Assembly: GCA_016201105.1 (NCBI GenBank)
Contig: JACQDN010000015.1
Span: 13,949 to 77,948 of the forward strand
Direction of reading: 5' to 3'
Source: Pseudomonadota bacterium
GTDB lineage: Bacteria; Pseudomonadota; Alphaproteobacteria; Micropepsales; Micropepsaceae
DNA: 64,000 bases
The translations under genes and the position numbers were made by a program. Of the stretch, positions 59,523-64,000 are shown one piece after another (position 1 is the first letter of the stretch; each line of letters starts with the position of its first letter). The notes beneath the pieces are model-generated. The model was not told the DNA's origin. It was given only the letters and a program-made list of their open reading frames with translations, and did not search any database.

Positions 59523-60971
59523 ATGGCCGCGACAAACGAGCTCTTCTTCTCGCCCAAAGATCTTGGCGGCGATCTCGGTGGTGGTCTCGACCGCGGACGC
59601 GTCCAGAACCTTGTCGACGAATCGTTGAAAGGCGCGGACGACGGCGAGTTGTTCCTGGAATATCGCCAGAGCGAAACGTTTGCGTTCGACGACGGCCGCC
59701 TGAAGGCCGCGACGTTCGATACCACCCAAGGCTTCGGCCTGCGCGCGGTTTCCGGCGAAGCGACCGGCTACGCGCATGCCTCCGAACTTTCCGAAGACGC
59801 GATCAAGCGCGCCGGCGAAACGGTGCGCGCGGTGACACGCGGTCATTCCGGCGCACTCTCGCTCTCCCCTGCCCGCACCAATGCGAAGCTCTATACCGAC
59901 ATCGATCCGCTGGGCAGCGCCAACTTCGAAGCCAAGGTGAAACTGCTGGCCGATATGAATGCCTATGCGCGCGGCAAGGACGCCCGCGTGCGTCAGGTCT
60001 CCTGTTCCATCGCCGGCGAATGGCAGCAGGTGGAGATCATCCGTGCCGGCGGCGAGACGTATCGCGATATCCGCCCGCTGGTGCGCGTCAACGTCTCGGT
60101 CGTGGTCGAAGAAAACGGCCGACAGGAAGCGGGCAGCTACGGCGGCGGCGGACGCGAGGCCTACACCACCTATATGGATCCCTCTTACTGGCACGACGCG
60201 GTCGACGAAGCGCTGCGCCAGGCGCTGGTGAATCTGAATTCCGTTCCGGCGCCGGCCGGTGAAATGAACGTCGTGCTGGGGCCTGGTTGGCCCGGCGTTC
60301 TTTTGCACGAAGCCATCGGCCATGGCCTGGAAGGCGATTTCAACCGCAAGAAGACGAGCGCCTTTGCCGGACTGCTCGGCGAACGCGTCGCCTCGCCCGG
60401 CGTCACCGTCGTCGACGACGGCACCATGGGCGATCGCCGCGGCTCGCTCACCATCGACGATGAAGGCACGCCCACGACACGCACGGTGCTGATCGAAGAC
60501 GGAATCCTCAAAGGCTACATGCAGGATCGCCAGAACGCGCGGCTGATGGGCGTGGCGCCTACCGGCAATGGGCGGCGGCAATCCTTCGCGCACTCCGTCA
60601 TGCCGCGCATGACCAACACGTATATGCTGGCGGGCAAACACACGCCGGAAGAAATCCTCGCCAGCGTCGACAAGGGCGTCTATGCGGTGAACTTCGGCGG
60701 CGGACAGGTGGACATCACCAGCGGCAAGTTCGTCTTCTCCTGCACCGAGGCTTATCTGATCGAAAACGGCAAGATCGGTCCGGCCATCAAGGGCGCGACG
60801 CTGATCGGCGACGGCCCAAGCGCGCTGACGCGCGTGAAGATGATCGGCAACGACATGAAGCTCGACAGCGGCGTCGGCACTTGCGGCAAGAACGGCCAAT
60901 CGATTCCGGTCGGCGTCGGCCAGCCGACTTTGCGCATCGACGGACTCACCATCGGCGGCACGGCCGCGTAA
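59523..60971 (+). CDS. tldD: metalloprotease TldD
   Basis: Trimmed to ATG 59523. LLHEAIGHGLEGDFNRK (HExxxH) and C-terminal CGKNGQSIPVGVGQPTLRIDGLTIGG. Confidence 0.93.
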   Translation: MAATNELFFSPKDLGGDLGGGLDRGRVQNLVDESLKGADDGELFLEYRQSETFAFDDGRLKAATFDTTQGFGLRAVSGEATGYAHASELSEDAIKRAGETVRAVTRGHSGALSLSPARTNAKLYTDIDPLGSANFEAKVKLLADMNAYARGKDARVRQVSCSIAGEWQQVEIIRAGGETYRDIRPLVRVNVSVVVEENGRQEAGSYGGGGREAYTTYMDPSYWHDAVDEALRQALVNLNSVPAPAGEMNVVLGPGWPGVLLHEAIGHGLEGDFNRKKTSAFAGLLGERVASPGVTVVDDGTMGDRRGSLTIDDEGTPTTRTVLIEDGILKGYMQDRQNARLMGVAPTGNGRRQSFAHSVMPRMTNTYMLAGKHTPEEILASVDKGVYAVNFGGGQVDITSGKFVFSCTEAYLIENGKIGPAIKGATLIGDGPSALTRVKMIGNDMKLDSGVGTCGKNGQSIPVGVGQPTLRIDGLTIGGTAA

Positions 60972-60974
60972 TCC

Positions 60975-61325
60975 TTGCTCATCTTCAAGATCTGCCACCG
61001 CCTCGATTGGGAAACGGCGGAACGTCGCGGCGTCTATGACGGTTCGCCCAAGGATCGCGCCGACGGCTTTCTGCATTTCTCCGGAATGCAGCAGGTGCAA
61101 AACACGCTGCAGCGGTATTACGCGGAAGCCGACGATCTTGTCCTCGTGGCAGTGAAGACCGGCGATCTCGGCAAGGCGCTGAAATTCGAACCGTCGCGCG
61201 ATGGCGCACTGTTTCCACATCTCTATTCGAAGCTACCGGTGTCGGTCGTGAAATGGGTGCGCCCGATCACCCGACGGGACGGCGGCTTTGTGTTGCCTGT
61301 GGAACTGGCGGCGCAGCGCGACTGA
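60975..61325 (+). CDS. DUF952 domain protein
   Basis: TTG start. ADGFLHFSGMQQVQNTLQRYY...LVLVAV...FEPSRDGALFPHLY. Confidence 0.85.
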   Translation: MLIFKICHRLDWETAERRGVYDGSPKDRADGFLHFSGMQQVQNTLQRYYAEADDLVLVAVKTGDLGKALKFEPSRDGALFPHLYSKLPVSVVKWVRPITRRDGGFVLPVELAAQRD

Positions 61326-61340
61326 GCGCAATGTTGCGCA

Positions 61341-62378
61341 ATGTCCGAACCGAAGATCTATTCGGAGCGCTTGGGTGCTATCGGCGATGCGCAGTTCGAA
61401 GCCGTCGCGTCGCGGATGAATCTTGGGCGATTTACAAAGGCCGAACCCGTGACAAGCGGGCTATTCGGTCAGAACGTGTTCGTCAGCACAAGTGAAGGCG
61501 AATTCGTGCTGCGCGGTGCGCCGCACTGGATCAAGGGGCCGGACGATACGCAGTGGCGGCGCGAAGATCGCTGGCAGTTCACCAAGGAAGTGTTCTTCGC
61601 GCGACAGCTGCATGAGCACACGAGGGCGCCGGTCCCCTGGCCGATGTTGCACGATGAAGCGAGCGATATTTTCGGCTGGCCCTATATCGTAATGCCGCGC
61701 ATGCCAGGAGCCTGTTTTGACGAACGCGGCATCGTGAAAGCCCTCGCCGTAGAGGATCGGCGAAGCGTGGCGGCAGCGCTCGGCCGGATGCTGGCGGAGA
61801 TGCAAAAGCTCACCTGGCCGTTCGCCGGCGACTTTGACACAACGATAGAATTACAAGCCTACCCGGCCGGCGACACCCGGCGTGTCGCCGACGAAACCGC
61901 AACGTTGATGCAGGATGCAAAGGGCCACGGAGCCATCACCGCGGAAGACATGGCATGGGTCGCCGAAACGGCGCGGCGCGCGCTGGCCGTGCCAGGTGAA
62001 AGGCCGAACACCTGTGTGCATGGCGACTACAAGCTCAACAATGTGACGGTCATGAAAGACGATGGAAGCTGGCGCGTCAGCGGACTGTTCGATCTGCACG
62101 AGGCGCGCTTCGGCGACGGCGCGCTGGATATCGTGCGGCAAGCATGCGGCTATCTCGACACCGAAGCTGCGTTGGCCCGCGTGTTCGTCGACGCATATCG
62201 GGAGGTCGCGCCGCCCGACCCGGCGCTCGGCGAGCGCCTGCCGCTTTACATCGTCAACGACCGGATGAAATTCTGGGAGTTTTTCACCCGGCCAGGCAAT
62301 CACGCGCCGTGGAGCCGGAACAAAACATTCCGGCGATGGGCGCAGCCATACCTGGACGGCGTCCTGAAGCTCTTGTGA
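61341..62378 (+). CDS. aminoglycoside phosphotransferase (APH) fold kinase family protein
   Basis: 345 aa. Catalytic loop CVHGDYKLNNVTV and a DLHEARFGD (DxD-like) segment. Confidence 0.85.
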   Translation: MSEPKIYSERLGAIGDAQFEAVASRMNLGRFTKAEPVTSGLFGQNVFVSTSEGEFVLRGAPHWIKGPDDTQWRREDRWQFTKEVFFARQLHEHTRAPVPWPMLHDEASDIFGWPYIVMPRMPGACFDERGIVKALAVEDRRSVAAALGRMLAEMQKLTWPFAGDFDTTIELQAYPAGDTRRVADETATLMQDAKGHGAITAEDMAWVAETARRALAVPGERPNTCVHGDYKLNNVTVMKDDGSWRVSGLFDLHEARFGDGALDIVRQACGYLDTEAALARVFVDAYREVAPPDPALGERLPLYIVNDRMKFWEFFTRPGNHAPWSRNKTFRRWAQPYLDGVLKLL

Positions 62379-62471
62379 GGCAGGCTTCATGAATCAATCC
62401 GAATTTGTCGCGGCCGTGCTGTCCAGCCTGAGTAATCGCGTGAATTTGCAAAAATTCAGGTTGTAACCTAC

Positions 62472-62508
62472 TTGATGCGCATAGTTGATGCGCATACAAT
62501 ATGCGCAT
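62472..62508 (+). promoter_or_regulatory. candidate ccdAB promoter overlapped by three ATGCGCAT palindromes (putative operator)
   Basis: TTGATG (62472-62477), a 17-nt spacer, then TACAAT (62495-62500). The palindrome ATGCGCAT occurs at 62475-62482, 62488-62495 and 62501-62508, an exact 13-bp period. The third copy covers the first ATG. Confidence 0.5.
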
Positions 62509-62836
62509 GAAAAAACACGTTGCTGAACCGGCAAAACCATTTCGCCCGAAGGGCAATGACCTCGTCCCCCACATCGGCGGGAAGCGATCGCCAGCTCGCA
62601 AGCGGGCTGTAAACGTATCGCTTGATACCGAAATCCTCGATGAGGCCAAGAGAATGAAACTAAATCTTTCGCGAACACTCGAAGATGCTTTGCGCGGTCT
62701 TGTGCAAGAAGAACGCAACGCCCGCTGGCGGCGTGAGAATCGCGCGACAATCGAGTCCTACAACAGACTTATCGAGAAGGCCGGCGTATTTGGTGAAGAA
62801 TTTCAAGAATGGGGCGATGAAAGCGTCAGCGACTAG
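62507..62836 (+). CDS. ccdA: CcdA family antitoxin (with ~30-aa N-terminal extension)
   Basis: VNVSLDTEILDEAKRMKLNLSRTLEDALRGLVQEERNARWRRENRATIESYNRLIEKAGVFGEEFQEW aligns by eye with F-plasmid CcdA. The start is ATG 62507, or ATG 62501 two codons upstream. Confidence 0.85.
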   Translation: MKKHVAEPAKPFRPKGNDLVPHIGGKRSPARKRAVNVSLDTEILDEAKRMKLNLSRTLEDALRGLVQEERNARWRRENRATIESYNRLIEKAGVFGEEFQEWGDESVSD

Positions 62837-62879
62837 CACACAGTCCCGTAGCTTTGTATGGCCCTAAGCGTAGTGCCCC

Positions 62880-63194
62880 ATGATTCGTCAATTCGACGTC
62901 TTTCCCAATCCCAGCAAACGCGGACGAGCCGAGCGACCATTTGTCGTTGTCATTCAATCGAGCTTTGTTGCAGGCGTATCGTCCCAGCTGTGCGCGCCGC
63001 TGGTTGTAGAAGGTGAGCTGCACCCCGATCGACGCTTAAACCCAGCGTTCCGCATCGGCGACCAAATTCTCTATCTCCATCCCGTTGAAATCACTCCAAT
63101 CCCGGCTCGTCTTTTGCGAACCGTTGCTGCAAACCTGGGGTCGGAACGCGATCGCATCATCGCCGCCCTCGATTTGGTATTCACCGGAATCTGA
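62880..63194 (+). CDS. ccdB: CcdB family toxin (gyrase poison fold)
   Basis: 104 aa. MIRQFDVFPNPSKRGRAERPFVVVIQSSF...LCAPLV...LNPAFRIGDQILYLHPVEITPIPARLL is typical of CcdB. Confidence 0.9.
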   Translation: MIRQFDVFPNPSKRGRAERPFVVVIQSSFVAGVSSQLCAPLVVEGELHPDRRLNPAFRIGDQILYLHPVEITPIPARLLRTVAANLGSERDRIIAALDLVFTGI

Positions 63195-63210
63195 ATGCAT
63201 CGTTGTCAGC

Positions 63211-63774
63211 ATGACAGAATCCGAATTTCTCGACGTCATCCGGCGCAATCCCGTCAACCGCGCCATCCTCGAACGACTGTCTCGCCTGGGTCTGCCGGAT
63301 TGCTGGCTTGTTTCGGGAGCCCTGTTTCAGACCGCCTGGAACGTCCGCACCGGTCGGGATCCGCTGTTCGGAATCAAGGATTACGATCTCTTCTATTTCG
63401 ACAGCGACAAGTCCTGGGACGCAGAGGATCGCGCTATTCACGTGGCGAACGCGCTGTTCGCGGATCTGGGGGCGTCCATCGAATTGCGCAACCAGGCGCG
63501 CGTCCATCTTTGGTATGAAATGAAATTCGACACGCACTACCCACCGCTCGCTCGGGCAACCGACGGGATCGACCGCTTCCTCATGCAGGTTGCGATGGTG
63601 GGCGTTCGCCCGGTTTCATCGGGCTTCGAAATCTACGCGCCGCATGCGCTGGGCGATGTCGCTAATCTGATTGTGCGGCCCAACCGCATGCCGAATTTCA
63701 AACCGAACCTCTACTACGAGAAAGCCGAACGCTGGAAGACGCTGTGGCCCGAACTCGTCGTCATCCCGGCCTAG
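63211..63774 (+). CDS. nucleotidyltransferase family protein (NTP_transf_6 / DUF925 type)
   Basis: Trimmed to ATG 63211. LPDCWLVSGALFQTAWNVRTG...IKDYDLFYFD...LRNQARVHLWYE...YAPHALGDVANLIVRPN. Confidence 0.8.
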   Translation: MTESEFLDVIRRNPVNRAILERLSRLGLPDCWLVSGALFQTAWNVRTGRDPLFGIKDYDLFYFDSDKSWDAEDRAIHVANALFADLGASIELRNQARVHLWYEMKFDTHYPPLARATDGIDRFLMQVAMVGVRPVSSGFEIYAPHALGDVANLIVRPNRMPNFKPNLYYEKAERWKTLWPELVVIPA

Positions 63775-63784
63775 CGTTCCGCGC

Positions 63785-64000
63785 TCAACCGTGCCGCAGC
63801 TTGAAGCCTAATATCACCAGCGTCAGTACCAGCGTGATGCCGTTGGCGGCGATAATCGGCACGTCGCCGATCAGCAGGCCGTAAACCAGCCAGAGAAATA
63901 TTCCGGCCGAGAAGATCGAGAACATTCCGAGCGAAATGTCCTTGGTGGAGCGCGTCTTCCAGGTCTGAACGACCTGCGGAAGAAACGCGGCCGTCGTGCA
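63785..64000 (-). CDS. SemiSWEET (PQ-loop) transporter, C-terminal 71 codons; start lies beyond the right window edge
   Basis: Hand translation of the minus strand gives ..TTAAFLPQVVQTWKTRSTKDISLGMFSIFSAGIFLWLVYGLLIGDVPIIAANGITLVLTLVILGFKLRHG*. The stop is the complement of 63785-63787. It is not on the ORF track. Confidence 0.8.
   Translation of the reverse strand, partial: CTTAAFLPQVVQTWKTRSTKDISLGMFSIFSAGIFLWLVYGLLIGDVPIIAANGITLVLTLVILGFKLRHG

Overview
This is a GC-rich (about 60% by eye) alphaproteobacterial chromosome segment. The gene order looks Hyphomicrobiales/Rhizobiales-like, which I infer from memory, not from a search. It holds about 65 tightly packed protein genes, nearly all housekeeping. 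From left to right:
- an edge-truncated AsmA/DUF3971 envelope gene and bcp
- an M23 peptidase with an overlapping bactofilin
- prfB with its +1 frameshift, a TonB_C protein, PBP1A and an AMIN-amidase
- RNase E behind a ~500-nt leader
- a GGT-family lipoprotein, an M48 protease and DsbA
- a PEP-mutase family enzyme with a divergent LysR regulator
- a fused thiS-thiG, then aroQ-accB-accC
- higBA, eutBC, doxX and aat
- DUF2155, mlaD and an NDUFA12-like gene
- class II RNR nrdJ behind a ~520-nt leader
- four DUF/pentapeptide genes
- gcvT-H-PA-PB behind a tandem glycine riboswitch
- argS, ispH, thrB, rnhA, a Prx5 peroxiredoxin and yqgE
- a 7TM-PAS-GGDEF(degenerate)-EAL protein
- GNAT, an M16 peptidase and thrC
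- the aa3 oxidase cluster (ctaC-D-B, small ORF, ctaE, DUF983, SURF1)
- tldD, DUF952 and an APH-fold kinase
- ccdAB, an NTP_transf_6 nucleotidyltransferase and an edge-truncated SemiSWEET

I saw no rRNA, tRNA, CRISPR array, integrase or transposase.

The ORF track gives longest ORFs from ATG, GTG or TTG starts, so I trimmed many starts. It also misses both edge-truncated genes and a 44-codon cta ORF.

I do not see a convincing new multi-gene system. The least-explained signals are:
- a nested-palindrome intergenic repeat family, with three copies all at converging gene ends
- a decayed mazEF-like scar abutting one repeat copy
- a stop-less ThiS-ThiG fusion
- a low-GC ccdAB islet with a triple ATGCGCAT operator and a leaderless-looking promoter
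- two long, A/T-richer leader regions, upstream of nrdJ and doxX
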